Origin: the human T2T-CHM13v2.0 reference genome, Homo sapiens
Length of the DNA stretch: 64,000 bases
Direction: 5' to 3' (one strand)
Assembly: GCF_009914755.1 (NCBI RefSeq)
Contig: NC_060926.1
Shown here: piece after piece, positions 15,926 to 34,828 of the stretch
How the letters are laid out: each line of letters starts with the position of its first letter
Position numbering within the stretch: the stretch's first letter is position 1
Made by a program: the position numbers and the translations under genes
Notes under the pieces: generated by a model
The model's input: the letters and a program-made list of their open reading frames with translations, nothing else
Databases searched by the model: none
Told to the model about the DNA's origin: nothing

Positions 15926-16699
15926 GCCTAAAGCACTATTTTTAACTATTGAGAGACATTGGGCTAATAAACTGATAAGCTTTTGGATGTTAAAGGATTC
16001 CATCCTATGTCATTTTTGTATCATTGGAAAGAAGAACAATCTCTCCTAGAAAGAAAAAGAAAAACTAAAGGATACTCATAAGATTGTGTATAGACTGAGA
16101 GTGAAGACACATGGTTTTTTTAGCTTTTCTATTTTTAAGAAGGAAAAAAAATTAAAATTAGTGAGTACACCAGAAGGAAATTTCAAGACTTCCTCCTAAT
16201 TGGCAGGTGCAACTCTCCTGGGTCCTTGGCTGCTGGAGAAAGATTGGACTAATGAGCATCACCTGGTGGCCATGTGGCATTGACTCCACTGAAGGGGAAT
16301 GAACATGGCCCTTGGTATTTGAGCCTTTCTACATATGTCCACGTGTATGACCTTGTTCATGTAATTAGTACATTATTATTGCTAGTTTGTCACACCCTTA
16401 TTTTAAAAGAAAACATTATATAGTTCAATATAAGTAATCAGAATATATGCTGCACTTAGTCCTTCATTGATCAAACAATATTTACTGGAATTTTGTTATA
16501 CACTCAACACTCTAGTAAGGACCAAGTGGGCACCAACCAAGTATAAAACATGGTCCTTGTCCATATAAAACTCACAGCACAGCTGGGAAGGCAAGTCACT
16601 CTCATTAAAACAGAAAAAAAGCACACAAGAATCATAAGTCATGTTATCTATTATGTACAAAACAAATCCTTTTTTCTTATAGTTATACTATATTATTGT

Positions 16700-17310
16700 T
16701 TTCCTCATTTATTCAACAAATATGAATAGGGGCAAGTACTGCGCTGGACTCTGGGAATAGAAATAGAGACACGCTCCTTGCCTTTAAGAAGTTCACAGTC
16801 TAGAAAAGAAAGCATATACCAAACAAACAGGAGGATACAGCCAATCTGCCTGGACTCAGAGGGCACTGAAAAGTTTCATGGAGAAGGTGACCCTGAACTG
16901 AGGTTGGAAAGGTGAGTGGGAAATTGTTCAATGTACAAGCTGTACACTGTAGAGGACTTAGCATTCTACCGAGGAATGGCACATGCAGATGCAGAGAGGC
17001 CTCACCAGAAGGGCAGATTCCAGAATGGCCAGTGAAGTTGTGTAGCCAGAACAGGGTGTATTTGAGGGAGCTGCAGTAGAAGCAGTCACCCATCAGCAGG
17101 ATGGGCTTCATGCCACAGGAAGGCAATTAGACCTTCATCTAAAACAAAATGAGAAGCCATTGAAGAGTGGTAAGCAAATGACGTACTGTTGGGAGTATTC
17201 TGGGAGACAGAAGAGGGTGGAGTGAAGAAAGGTAAGATACTGCAATCATTGTGGTGTAGGATGATGAGGGCCTAAACTCAGACAAAAGAAGGCAGATCAC
17301 AGAGTTTATT
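16700..17310 (-). mobile_element. L2 3' fragment
   Basis: CATTTATTCAACAAATAT tail followed by typical L2 reverse sequence (GTTCACAGTCTAG, GAGAAGGTGAC). Confidence 0.65.
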
Positions 17311-17839
17311 AAGAATACAGACTCATTGAAGCTTCTATAAACATAGCTCACAAGGAACAGGGAGAAGTGTAGGACAGCAACGTTAAAAGAAAAACATTAA
17401 CATAACAATGTGGAATAAATAAAATACACTATTTCTCTAAAATGAAATGCTACAATACCAAGACAGGAATGATGAAGAAAGGAAAGGATAATTAGAAATG
17501 AGAAGAGTAAAAATGTTTTAAGATTAATAAATTTATGGGATGCCAATAATCAGTATAAATCAACCTGGGAAAGCATTAGTCAGAAACCATGCTATAACAG
17601 TTGAGCACTGCAATGAATTTGGAAATTGTTCTTGTCCTATCCATATCTCTAACTTCACCTATGATACAAAAAGATGCCTTTCATCTTCAAAAGAAAATCG
17701 TTTCCTTTCCATTCAGTTTTTTTAAATGACCATCAACAAGTCATTGGCACAGACTTTGGAAAACGTCTACTTACAGATTCTAAAATCTAATTTAGGCATA
17801 GACATCTATTCATAGATCTCTCTTCAGAACTTGAATATT

Positions 17840-22704
<4,865 letters not shown>

Positions 22705-23954
22705 AGAGTTTGAATATTTTCTCATTAATTATGCCAAAGAATGAGATTATGTGCAAATATGAATACATAAAACACATTAGCACTTTATTACTGTATTACC
22801 AGTAGTTTAAATAAAATGTTCATTTTTATTAATGACAAGAACCACTGTAATGGTACAGTTTATCATGAGTACATCTGGTAAAAATATAATTGTGTTTCTC
22901 CATAGATTTCTTCACTGGTGGTCAAAGCAGGGTTCATTAGGCTTTGGTAAATAATGTGTAACTGGCTCTGTCCCTCAGATTTCTGTGATGGAAACCTCAA
23001 GGAAGGTCCTACTCTACTATAATAATCCCCAACTATTTGGAGACAATTCATCAGGGGTGTTTCTGCTGTGATTAATAAAAATAATCTGATACATAATTAT
23101 TTTTCACCTCCTCTGCACTCACTCTCAATCTGGTTCTTTGAGGTCCAAGGCAAAGCACTGTGTCATGGTGCATCCCCATCTCCAGCTGACACCCAGCAAT
23201 GTAGTGTACAGAGGGACCCAAAACACCTGTTGTGTGATGGTCCCACAGGAGGGAAAGACCAGTGACAGTGTCTGTACTATGTCACAGCCACACTGGGGGT
23301 GGCCGACTGGACCACATGCAGGCACCCAAGCCAAACCTGTCCAATTAGAGGACTGCTTCTGTGTTTTCTACACTGGAGGTGGAGGAGCGGGGAGCTGTGA
23401 GGAATGAACACTGAGAACTTGTGTCTCTCATTGATTTAGACCTTGGCACATGGGTAGGGACTCTCACTGAATTAAAGAAAGAATGAATAAATTGAGGCAC
23501 TGTCGTTGGCACATCTTGTCAGCCTAAAGTTGTCTCCCCTCAAGGTGAGGGTCTACAGGACTCTCATTTTATCATTCCACAGGTGACACCTACTCTATTA
23601 ACCATTAATATATTTACATACACAGTCAAATCTATATAAGCATGGTTTAGGTTTCAACTGGGATCCCATTACCTGACAAAATACACCCCAAAATGAAACA
23701 GGGTATTGTGTAAGGAAGTGAGTTCCTCAACTCTCAGAATATTTAGGCAGAGGCTGGAAGACCATCTGTCCCTTCCTTAGGAGGGAGGCTGGGTGAAATG
23801 ACTCCTAAAGACATTTCCATCTCTAATGTTTTATTTTTCTAGTGACAGCAGAGTAATAAGTGTCATATTTCTAGGTCTTCTAGACCTCAACTTAGCTGAG
23901 AATCAGGGCTTCCTTTTGGCAATACCAATTCTAGATACGTTTGCTCTGAAAAAC

Positions 23955-24137
23955 CAATCGTAGTCTTCAATTCTAAGACACAAATTTTTTGTACTAATAT
24001 CTCTAAACTAGTGATGTGTCTTCTAACCAGTGACTTGTCATTGTTAAATTTCCAGCACTTCGCTTTTTATTCCTTAGTGGCATATAAATGATAGCATGCC
24101 TAACAATTGATGATGTCTTAGATTCAATTGAATATGT
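23955..24137. mobile_element. Probable old DNA-transposon MITE (family unassigned)
   Basis: imperfect inverted ends (ATTCTAAGACA ... TGTCTTAGATT). Confidence 0.4.
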
Positions 24138-24657
24138 TAGGTCTTTCACAGGTTCCTCTGATGCAAGCATAGTCAATGTGTTCTGTTGCTTTTCTTGTGA
24201 TTCTCGAATATGTATATATAATCTACTCTTTTAGCTATATACACACACAGGTTTTGCAGGCAAGCCTGCTGGATACTCCAAGTTCTCAGATTAAAATTTT
24301 ACCCATCTTGAAAAAAGAAAAATTTTTTTACCCATCTTGTTAACAAAGACTCTTCTACTTCTTAAGTAGTAAGGGACCCAAGTCCCATCTAACTCTCTCC
24401 TTGAAATTTCTTCTTCACCAGAGAGAAACTAAAATCCAGAGAGACATTCCAAACAATGTGAATCATTAAGCAAGCCACCAATTCCAGACCTTGAGAATTT
24501 CTAAACTGCCTAGGACTGGGGGCTTCCTAACCTGAATCTGTGAGCTGTAGGATATTCTGATTTTGAAATGGAGGGTAAATTTCATAAGAAGAAATGCTTG
24601 AAAAACAAAATGCCACATCTCTTACTCCCTGTTCATTTATATTCCTTCCTGGATTCC

Positions 24658-25144
24658 TATGGCAGATATGCCCTAAGGTGCCCCTGGCGAGTCCCACCCT
24701 TCTACAATCCCCTCGAGTTGGGGCAGAATCTGTGCCTTGCTTCTCACCAATAAAATACTGCCAAGGTGACAGGATGTCACTTTAATTATGTTACACTATA
24801 TAAGACCATCTTAGCCTACTAGAATACGCAAACAGCCATGTGTGACTTGCCTGTGGCAGGACCATGTGGCAGAGAATAGCCTCCACTCAACAACAGGTTA
24901 AGAAGCTGAGGCCTTCAGTCACACTGCAAGGAAATGAATCCTGCCAACAATCTGAGTGAGCTCAGAAGTGGATATTTTCTCAGATGAGCCTCCAGATGAG
25001 AACACAGTCTGGGGAGACCCTGGCAGAGGGACTAGTCAAGCAGTGCCCAGATTCCTGACCCATGCAAACTGTGAGATAATATGTGTTGTTTTAAGTGGCT
25101 ACATTTGTGGTAATTTGTTATTGCCGTAGTAGAAAACTAACACA
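24658..25144 (+). mobile_element. MLT1E/F-like MaLR LTR
   Basis: GGAAATGAATCCTGCCAACAA, ACTGTGAGATAAT, GGTAATTTGTTA...AACTAACACA end. Confidence 0.75.
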
Positions 25145-26204
25145 ATCTCCCTTCTGCTCCTTTACCTCCTTCTTTCCTTTTTGTCATTGTGTCTGCAAAC
25201 ATTCATTCATCCACTAAATTTATATATATATTTAGAATCTACACTGTTTAAACAGAGGACAAAACGGACCAGGCTTCAAGGATACAATAAGGATTAAAAC
25301 AAAGTATTTGCCTTCTTGGAATTTACATTCTGATGGAGGAAGACAGACAATAGACACATAAGCAACGATTTTTGATGATAGTGGTAGTTTGAGAAATAAA
25401 AATAACAGCGGAATGTGGTTTAATCCCCTCTTATGATTTGCTTTTAATTTTTATTCCCCTTTCCTGTCTCTTTTTCAGTATGGATGACAACTCATTGGAT
25501 AAAATAAAACTCATGCTATCAACATAGTATATGACCCAATAATTATTCATTTACACACAAAGATGAACAAGTAGTTGAAGGATAAATTATCGTGAGAAGA
25601 AAATGTTCCAGGGAGGCTGGAAACATAGAAATGAACAAGAGCTGGTACCAGGACTGTTTTTAAATAAGAAGGTTTTTAATTACATACTTCAACCAGCCCT
25701 CTTCTGGCTTTGCTTTTCTGCATAAAGATTTATACCAGCACATTCTGCACATGCAGACAACTTGCACAATCCCCACCAAGAATAACTAACTCTTCTCTCC
25801 TCCTCACCTCTTTCTCTCTGTCTTTTAACCAGTTGTATGCAGCATTAAGGAATCTGGGAACCATGTTACAGAAGGATCAGGTGGAGGAATTTGAGTTTTT
25901 AGCTAAGCAGAAAGCTAAACCAATGTGCTAACAGGGAATTTAAATCAATGGGCTCAAGTTACAAATAGGTTTCAGACAAGTCTAATTTCTTTAATAGTTG
26001 GAATTTGTTCAAAATGGAATGAGTTCCCTAAAAAACTTATCCCTGGTGGGATTCAAGCAGAACCTATCCACCTTCCTCTTATGGTTGTGAGAAGCTATTT
26101 CTCTATGGGCTAGAAAATAGGTCCTTTAAGGCCCTTAAAGGACTTTAATCATGTAATCTGAGCTGGAATGTTAAAAGCTAGTGATGAATTAATTTGTTAT
26201 CCCT

Positions 26205-26560
26205 CTGTATCTGGGTTCAGTTGCAGAAGACAGAATCTTCTCTAGCTACTTGAGACAGAAAAAAAAATTATTCTGTGTAATTAGGTGGCTGGCAGAAATG
26301 CCAAAAGAGCAGGCTCAAGGTTGAGATTTCAAGAACAACTTTTAAAACTACCCATCAGAACTTACCCTCCGAGAGAGCATCTGCCACGTCAGAAAGCAAG
26401 CCAAGGGATCAGGGAGCCGCACCACAAATGCTTGTTCCAGTACCACACTGCCTCTGCCATAATTGGCAGCAGCAGAATGGAAGCACCTCCCTCCCTGTGT
26501 CCATGCCACCTTCCCTATCCCATGGACATGTGTCTGCCTGGTGAAAGAGGGTATTTGCAG
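26205..26560. mobile_element. Old MaLR LTR fragment (MLT1M/N-like, tentative)
   Basis: GGGTTCAGTTGCAGAAGACAGAATC...TTAGGTGGCT start; similar sequence at ~27195-27660. Confidence 0.4.
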
Positions 26561-27882
26561 AGCCCAAGATATAAGAAACATAGGCTTCTGGTACAAGGGC
26601 GACTCAGTAGGATTGAGAGATACAGGGTTCTCCAAATCCTCCCAAATGTGGTAATTCCCAATTTTAGATTCCTACTCCTTCTCATAAATGCTCAACTTTC
26701 ACAGGTGATCTGGTGAGGCTGTGAGCTCCACCTGTGTTGTAATTAATATACCCCCCTCCCCCAACACACACACAACAGACACTGCAGATGATTTTGATTA
26801 TATAAACTCTGCATCAACAAGGGATAAGAGATTATTTTAGGGCAGAAGAAACTCACTAGTTCTCTAAGCCTCAAAATAAAAAATTTGAAATGCCAAGTCT
26901 TTTTAAGTTTTCAAATGCTGTTGTAAGTAGCCAGCACATCCCCATGGTCCACGTATTGCTATTGCAACTATATTGTCACTCAGTCCATGAGAGCCATGAG
27001 TCCAATTGGCACTTTTTCCAGATTACCCTGGAACTTATGTAACAAAGTTTTGTTTCTCCTGGTCATGATCTACCAGTAGCCCCTCCTGTACCGGTTACTG
27101 GAACCCAGGGGCCTTCAAACCCAACTAACCCATGGAATCCCCCCGTTTCCCATCCCTGAATGTTTGTTACCTACAATCACTTCTAGCAGCGATTACTCCA
27201 GGTTCAGGGCACACAGCAGAATTCATTCTGGCAAGTTTTAGTATAAAGGAACTTAGAATTTATTATTAGGTGACTTATTTAAAAAAACTAGCATAATTGA
27301 GCTGAGCTCCCAGGAATGACTCTCAGAACAATGCAGAACTTGCCCACCTAGACAACTGCTGCCTATGCTGTGATCAGGAAACTGGGATCAAGAAGCCACC
27401 AATTAGCACCAAAATTGCCTACTTCTGGTGTTATCAGAAATTAGGTATTAATATTTGCTTCTCAATACCCACAAAGCTGAAACCAGACACTAGGCCCTCT
27501 GCTACAAGATGCTATAGAATTTTTTAAAGCACCTCCACAACTATATTTGCCTCACAGTGTTCACTTCCTTCTTCTAATCTTGCATGAGCGTATCAGCTAG
27601 GAGAAAGCTGGGTCATTTGTAAAACCAAAACACAAGGGAGTCTAAGAAATGCAGCATTATGTTCAGATTTGCAGCCCCTACCTTTCAGTTAGACACGATA
27701 TCTGAGTCTCATCCTCAAAGAATCAGCAGCCCGGACATCAGGAGTTTTAAAAGCTTCTCAGGTGACTTAATGTTCAACCAGGTGAAAATCATTGACTCAT
27801 CAGAGCCCTACTCAGCCACACATAGGCTGTCCTGGGCCAGAGACTTAAAACTAAAGTCATCACAAAGACTCCAAACATCTGT

Positions 27883-27928
27883 GTGATCAAGAAACTCATG
27901 GGAAGTGATCAAGAAACTCATGGGAAGT
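27883..27928. repeat. Perfect 22-bp tandem duplication
   Basis: GTGATCAAGAAACTCATGGGAA at 27883-27904 and 27905-27926, plus GT. Confidence 0.95.
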
Positions 27929-28080
27929 TTGTTTAGTGAAGACAACCCTATATGCAACACACTTGCCTTCTATCTGGCGAAATTAAGGTATACCTTCTAG
28001 TTAGAAGGATTTGCCTAACTTTATAAAACAGACTGGTTGGATTCACATTATGCCAATGTGTAGGAATGCTTCATCTAAAC

Positions 28081-28275
28081 AAGGGATGTCCAATCTTTAA
28101 AGGCTTCCCTGGGCCACATTGGAAGAAGAAGAATTGTCCTGGGCCAGAAGGATAGCTGATGAGCTTTAAAAAATCACACACACAAAAAAAAAACCTCATA
28201 ATGTTTTTAAAAAATTTACAAATTTGTGTTGGGCCGCATTCAAAGCCACCACAGGCTGCAAATTGGAGAAACTTG
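28081..28275 (+). mobile_element. MER30 hAT MITE with 8-bp TSD ATCTAAAC
   Basis: GATGTCCAATCTTT...CCCTGGGCCACATTGGAAGAAGAAG; TSD at 28073-28080 and 28276-28283. Confidence 0.85.
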
Positions 28276-28459
28276 ATCTAAACACTTTTTACATCCATTA
28301 CAAAACAATTTTTAGGAAACAATTCAGTTCCACACATGTTATTAGGATATACTGCAGGGGTTGAGTATAGAAACACCAATAAAATTATTCCTACTGTCAC
28401 AGACTCTACAACCTAGCCATGTAAAGTATTCAGAGAGCTTATATTTGCTTTTATTATTA

Positions 28460-28685
28460 CCAACAGATACCATTTGTTGACTATTTGCTATGTACTCAGT
28501 ACAATCATTTTACAAACATTCTTCATTTAATCCTCACAAGAAAATCTAGTGATATATATACGATTCTTTCCATTTGGCAAATAAAGATTTTGAGGCTCAG
28601 AGAGTTAAGTGACTTGCCCAGAATCACACATATGGTAAGTATTAATATTGAGAATCAAACCTAGGCCTTCTGATTGCAAATTGAA
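28460..28685 (-). mobile_element. MIR SINE
   Basis: CATTTAATCCTCACAA...TGAGGCTCAGAGAGTTAAGTGACTTGCCC. Confidence 0.8.
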
Positions 28686-29794
28686 CGACCACCTAGAATC
28701 CCAGTTTGAAAGGCCTAAGGCTAGATAAATGTCACTTTTACCTGGTGACAATTCCATTGTAAATATTCTGACTCCCCAAATAATCAAGTTCCAAATCACC
28801 TTGGCCCCACAGGCTGCAGACCTCATTTAATCCTGCCTGCTTTGCTGACTAGAGAGTATAGGGAATCAAAGGAGAAACCCCAGGCCCCACTTCTCTTTCA
28901 AAGTTTTGCAAGCCACAGGGACTTTGGGGGGTTATTCCTTCCACATTTGTGTATGACAAAAATGGATCATAGCCTGGAGCAAAGCTTCTGTGCTTGAGTT
29001 TGTAACAGAAAAATTAGACGAGTTTCAGCAGAGACTCTACAAAAGCATCTCCAGAAGATGCCACAGCCATGTTTGTTTCTCCAAGACAATAGTCTCATCC
29101 CTGGCTGCACATTAGAATCACCTGGGAGAATTCAAAACACCTAGTGGCAGACCCACCACCTAGATCATGCTGTAATCGCACTGGTGTGAGGCCCAGGTGT
29201 TGGAAGCTTCCCCAGCAGTCTCCTGTGCATAATCTGAGGATCACAGCTTCAGTGTATTAGGTGCTTCTTAGAACTGCCAACAAAATAAACGTGAATTTCT
29301 TGCTTCCTCACCAACAAGGACAGGGAAGAAGATACCAAGAATAGCAGGAGCTCATAGATTCTTTCCCTAGCTCAGCTACTAAAGTGGAAAATAAACCATG
29401 CATGCCAAAGTAGGTCCTAGACACTTTAGAGCAAATAGTTGGCAAAATCACAACATGTGTACTGCAATAGCACTGGGAGAGCATAAGAGGACTTTTTAAA
29501 TTGTTACGTCTTTAAGCACTTATCTATGTCTGACACAAATGATAAAAAAACAAAAATAATAAGGTAAAAACATGCAAAATAAAAGCAAACTAAACCATAA
29601 TGCAATGTGATTTCACTCAGTGCCATGGGAGTATCTGTTCATTTATTCATTAGATATTCAATATGCACATACTGTGTGCCAGGCAGAGTCCACCATGGCC
29701 AATGCGGGTGAACAAAACAGTTTATCTCTACTTTCATCAACCTTACAGCTTATGGGAGAGATAGATATTAAACAGATAAGGATGTATATAACTC

Positions 29795-30183
29795 TGTATT
29801 AGTCTGTTCTCACACTGCTATTAAGAACTACCTGAAACTTGGTAATTTATGAAGAAAATAGGTTTAATTGACTCACAGTTCCACAGGCTGTAGACGGAGC
29901 ACAGACAGGAGGCCTCAGGAAACTTACAATCTTGGCAGAAGGCGAACAGGAAGCAGGCACAATTTACCACGGCAAATCAGGAGAAAGGAGAGAGAGAGAA
30001 GGGGAAAATGCCACACACTTTTAAACAGTCAGACCTCATGAGAACTCATTCACTATCATGAGAACTACGAGGAGGAAATCAACCCCCATGATCCAATCAC
30101 CTCCCACCAGGCCCCTCTCCTGACACGTGGGGATTACAATTCCCAATGAGATTTGGGTGGGGACACAGAGCCAAACCATATCA
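29795..30183 (-). mobile_element. MSTA/THE1D-like MaLR solo LTR, TSD AACTC
   Basis: TGTATTAGTCTGTTCTCACACTGCTA...CCAAACCATATCA; AACTC at 29790-29794 and 30184-30188. Confidence 0.9.
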
Positions 30184-30864
30184 AACTCTAGGTCAAATAT
30201 GTATGATAATTGGTAGAGTAGAAATGAGCAGGCTGCTACTCTGAAAGAAAATTAGTAAAGGCAGGGAGAGGGTCAAAATATAGATTTGGAGGATCTGAAA
30301 AGACAGACCTAAAGAGTGGCTGGGAAGAAACTCACCAGTCTAATAGCTTATGTAGGCTGAGGAAGAAAAGAGAATAACATATGAGGTATCCCAGAGGAAA
30401 ACTGCAAAAAAAAAAAAAGGCTAAAAGCTTTTCCTCTAAGATCATAAGCAAGACATGTGTACCTGCTCTTGACTCTTCTATTCAACATACTACAAGAAGT
30501 CCTTGCCAGGGCAAATAGGCAAGAAAATGAACAAAAAGTACCCAAATTGAAAAATAAGTTATATTGTCTGCTTGCAGATGACATTATTTTATGTATAGAA
30601 AACCCTAAAACCCTAAATACTCCACCAAAAACTGTTAGAGCTAATAAACAAATTCAGTAAAGTTGCAGGATACAAAATCAACGCGCAAAAATCAGTAGCA
30701 TTTCTCTATATTAATAATGAACAATCTCCCCAAAATTAAGAAAACAAGCTCATTTACAGCAACATCAAAAAGAATAAAATACTTAGAAATAAATTTAACT
30801 AATAAGGTAAAAGATCTGAACACTGAAAATTGTAAGGCATTCAGGAAAGAAATTGAAGACGCTA

Positions 30865-30998
30865 GGCCCAGTGACTCACACCTATAATCCCAGCACTTTG
30901 GGAGGCTGCAACAAGAAGATTGCTTGAGGCCAGGAGTTCAAGACCAGCCTGGGTAACCTAGTGGGACCCCGTATCTAAAAAAAAAAAAAATTAAATTA
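30865..30998 (+). mobile_element. FLAM/Alu left monomer
   Basis: single monomer plus poly-A; flanked by AAATTGAAGA duplication. Confidence 0.85.
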
Positions 30999-31235
30999 AA
31001 ATTGAAGAAGACACAAATAAATAGAACAATATCCTGTGTGCATGAATTGAAAGAATTAATATTGTGAAAATGTCCATGTCTCCCAAAGCAATCTACAGAT
31101 TGATTCAATGTAATCCCTATTAAAATTCCAATGACATTTTTCACATTAATAGAAAAACAATCCTTAAAATGTGTATGAAACTAAAAAGGACCCCTAATAA
31201 CCAAAGCAATATTGAGCAAAAAGAACTAAGATGGA

Positions 31236-31536
31236 GTCGGGCACAGTGGCTCACGCCTGTAATCCCAGCACTTTGAGAGGCCAAGGCGGGTGGATTGCTT
31301 GAGCCTAAGAGTTCAAGACCAGGCTGGGCAACATAGTGAAACCCTGTTTCTACAAAAAATACAAAAATTAGCTGAGCATGGTGGCATGCACCTGTAGTCC
31401 CAGCTACTCAGGAGGCTGAGGTTGGAAGATCACCTGAGCCTAGGAAGTCGAGACTGCAGTGAACTGTGATCACACTGCTGTAATCCAGCCTGGGTGACAG
31501 AGTAAGACCCTGTCTCAAAAAGAAAAAAAGAAAAAG
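31236..31536 (+). mobile_element. AluJ
   Basis: dimeric Alu; TSD GAACTAAGATGGA at 31223-31235 and 31537-31549. Confidence 0.93.
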
Positions 31537-32329
31537 GAACTAAGATGGAGGCATCACACTGATTTCAAACTATATTACAAAGGTATATTTATCATAACAG
31601 CATGATACTAGCTGGGATTTCAAACTATACTACAAAGGTATAGTTACCAAAACAGCATAGCACTGGCATAAAAATAGACATATAGACTAATGGAACAGAA
31701 TAGGAGCCCAGAAATTTATCCTCTCATATACAGTCAACTAATCCTGAAAGTCTTCAGAAGTACACAATAGGGAAAGAATAGTGTCTTCAATAAATGATGT
31801 TAGGAAATCTGGATAGCCACATGCAAAAGAATGAAATTGGACCCTTATATTACATCAAAATGCATTAAAGTTTCTTTTAGGAGTTTTACAGTTGCCCCTA
31901 AAGGAAAATGGGAAAACTCCTTCACATTGGTCTTGGCAATGATTATTTAGACATGACACTAAAAGCATACAGAAGCAAAAATAAACAAGTGGGACTACAC
32001 CAAACTAAAAAGTTTCTGCACAGCAAAGAAAACAATGAAAATGAAAGGGCAACCTACAAAATGGGAGAAAGCATTTTCAAACCGTGTGTATGACAAAGGT
32101 TTGATTAAAATCCAAAATATATAAGGTACTCACACAATTCAATAGCAAAAATCAAATAGCCCAATTAAAAAATGGGAAAAAACCTGAATAGACAATTTTT
32201 CAAACAAGACATACAAGTAGCCAACAGGTATATGGAAAGGTGCTCAACATCACTCTACAGCATGGTGACTACAGTTAGTAACACTGTGCTGTTTACTTAA
32301 AATTTGATGACAGCATATTTTAAGTGTCT

Positions 32330-32371
32330 TCACACCACACTCACACACACACACACACATACACACACACA
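32330..32371. repeat. (CA)n microsatellite, interrupted
   Basis: CACACCACACTCACACACACACACACACATACACACACACA. Confidence 0.9.
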
Positions 32372-34828
32372 GTAACTATGGGTAGTGATGAATGTGTTAA
32401 TGAAATATTTTTTTTACAGGAATGCAAGGTGGGGAATGCAGAATCGCCAGGGCCCCTCACAGAGTCTTGGAAGGGCAAGGGCAATAAGAAGCCTTGAGGG
32501 TTAAGCTTGAGTGGCTTCATGGTAAGCCTGCCTAGATACCTCTATTTGCATCCTGCTCCTATTGCCTTGAGTTGGGTGAATGCTTCCCAATGGAACTGCC
32601 TAATTAAGACCTAACACTCCCTTCTAACCACACTCATTCCCATTTGGGCCAGCATCCAGAAGAAAGCAATAGTGTAGGCAGTCAGGACTCATTTGGTCTT
32701 TAACAAATGTACATGTATTTATTAGATTAAATCTTAAAGTATCATCTTCATTGACTATTATAAAGCACTTAGCAGTCTATGGGCATGACCCAAGGAGTAT
32801 TTCACATCTACTGTGTACCAGATTCTGAGGCTACAGCTATGAATTAGATAGACACACTTGTTGGTCTCAGAAATTGAGCATTTTTCATCTGTCTTAGCAA
32901 TTTTTGATAAAGAGAAAGCTGAGATTGTGACATCCTATAAAAGCAGGACAATCTCCAAGACTTTCATAGAAAGACTGGCTTGTGAGAGAAATGGGTGCAC
33001 TTGACCCCTAGGATTCTGCTGCTTGCTGCATCTTTGCAAATTGTGTGTGTGTGTTCATATACACATATATATTATGTACAATAAACAACCATTCCTCTGT
33101 GTAAGACAGTTTAGGTGGAGTTAGCAATTAGTTAAGTTTGATTTTATAAGTGGAAATAGAGCCTGGATTAGGAAGTAAAGGGCAGAATTTCTGTAGGTGG
33201 GGTTGTGGTCATGTGGTAATGGTCTTTTTCAGCAAAGAAGGCTAGGAGCAGGATTTGGCTATGGCTGGCTGAAAGCTGGATTCCTGTGAGCTGATTCTGA
33301 GTAACCAACTGCCCTAAAGTAACTCAGGTGACTAATGACTGTGAGAGAGAAATGGGTCAGCTCTCATTTTTTAAAAAATGCTTTTAGAGGGAGATATATC
33401 CTCAATTATTATCATTTATCTACTTACTGCATAAAAGTAAAGTGTAGGTTAATACGAGTTCAGGTTGAAGGTCCAACGTATTGACTTTGAATGCCCCTGC
33501 AATGAGGGCAAGTTGAAGAGTTTATAAGTTTAAATACCTTGGACACAGAATATGAATCATTTAAAATCTACTGTTTTCTCCCTTTCCTCTTCTCCTACTG
33601 TATAGTAGTATCTCAAATGGCATCTGTTCAATGACCTCCAAATAGTGCCTGGACCAGAATGATATATAGTAGTTTCTCCCAGAGTAATCCTAATCATCAT
33701 TGTCTCAACTGGCTGAAGTACATTCAACGCACCCAAAATTCCTGTTGCTTCCTTCCAGTATGAATTAACTTTATAGTGCCTAATTACCTGGTGCAAGGTA
33801 AATGCCTTTAATAAAATGCTCTGGCATGATCTGTCTTTGAGATTACTCTGACAGATTTTGGTATACGACTCTAGGTGACCGGGGCTCTGTATCCTTACAT
33901 GTCACCTCCTATTTTTAGATAAAACAGAAATATAAGGTAATTTGGAATATATTAGGGGCATAAAGAATCTAGAAAACCACACCTTAGAGACTTCATCAAA
34001 ATGAAGAATGCAAAAGAAAGTGATTTTGCTGGAGTTTGGCTTTTTATTTCTTAACTTTGTGCATAAAACATTCCTTTGAGCCTGCAGAGTTGGGTCTAAA
34101 AAGTACCATTTATTCTTTAATATTTATTGAACACCACATAGGTATAGGGCATGACTCTGAGAGACACACAGAAACATAAAATGCAGGCTCTGCCCTTGAG
34201 AAACATAGTCTGCTTTGGAAGCACAAGACAGGTAGATGTAAGAAATATAAATTGCAGGCCCAGCTGAACACCAGGAGGAGCACAGATAATTTGGGTCACA
34301 GGAATTCAAACACCAATCATAGTCCCTAAGAGCTTTTGGGTGGACATTGGGGTTGGAAAATATTGATGGAAAGGAAGGGGGGTATTTGGGTTAAAGTATA
34401 GACTTATAAGAAGATGGATTTTAAGCAGTTGAGGTGGTCAAGGGAAGGACAAAACATACATGGTTTGTGTTAGGGTTTGGCCAACAATATAACACCAGGC
34501 TTGGATGATATTTGAGGATGACTCTCCTGTGGGTACCTCCTTCACTTCATCCCATCACTGGAAACCTGTCACCAGCAGATGCCTGGTTGGAGGAGACATA
34601 CTCTTCTCTGAGCCACTGCTTAACCTTCCCCAGCTGCTAGGAATTGCCAGAAACAAACCAGATAGTATTGCAGAGGCCTTCCCTACCCTGTTTTGAAATT
34701 AAAGTTCTCAAATATTGAAACGTCATTAATTCAGCCATTATGAAGATGCCTTACTTTCCATAATATCAGAATACTAATGATCTAAAAAGTTATTAAAAGG
34801 TAGAACTCCTTTATTTGAATAAAAGTTA

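Larger units (their letters stand above)
30405..32405 (+). mobile_element. L1MA-type fragment (ORF2 RT to 3'UTR, internally deleted) carrying two Alu-family insertions
   Basis: 30457..30660 LADD remnant; ORF2-like sequence; L1MA-type 3' end GGTGACTACAGTTAGTAAC...GTAACTATG. Confidence 0.85.

Noticed and set aside
26285-26716. 143-aa ORF
   Set aside because: GTG start, overlaps a probable old MaLR LTR, no known motifs
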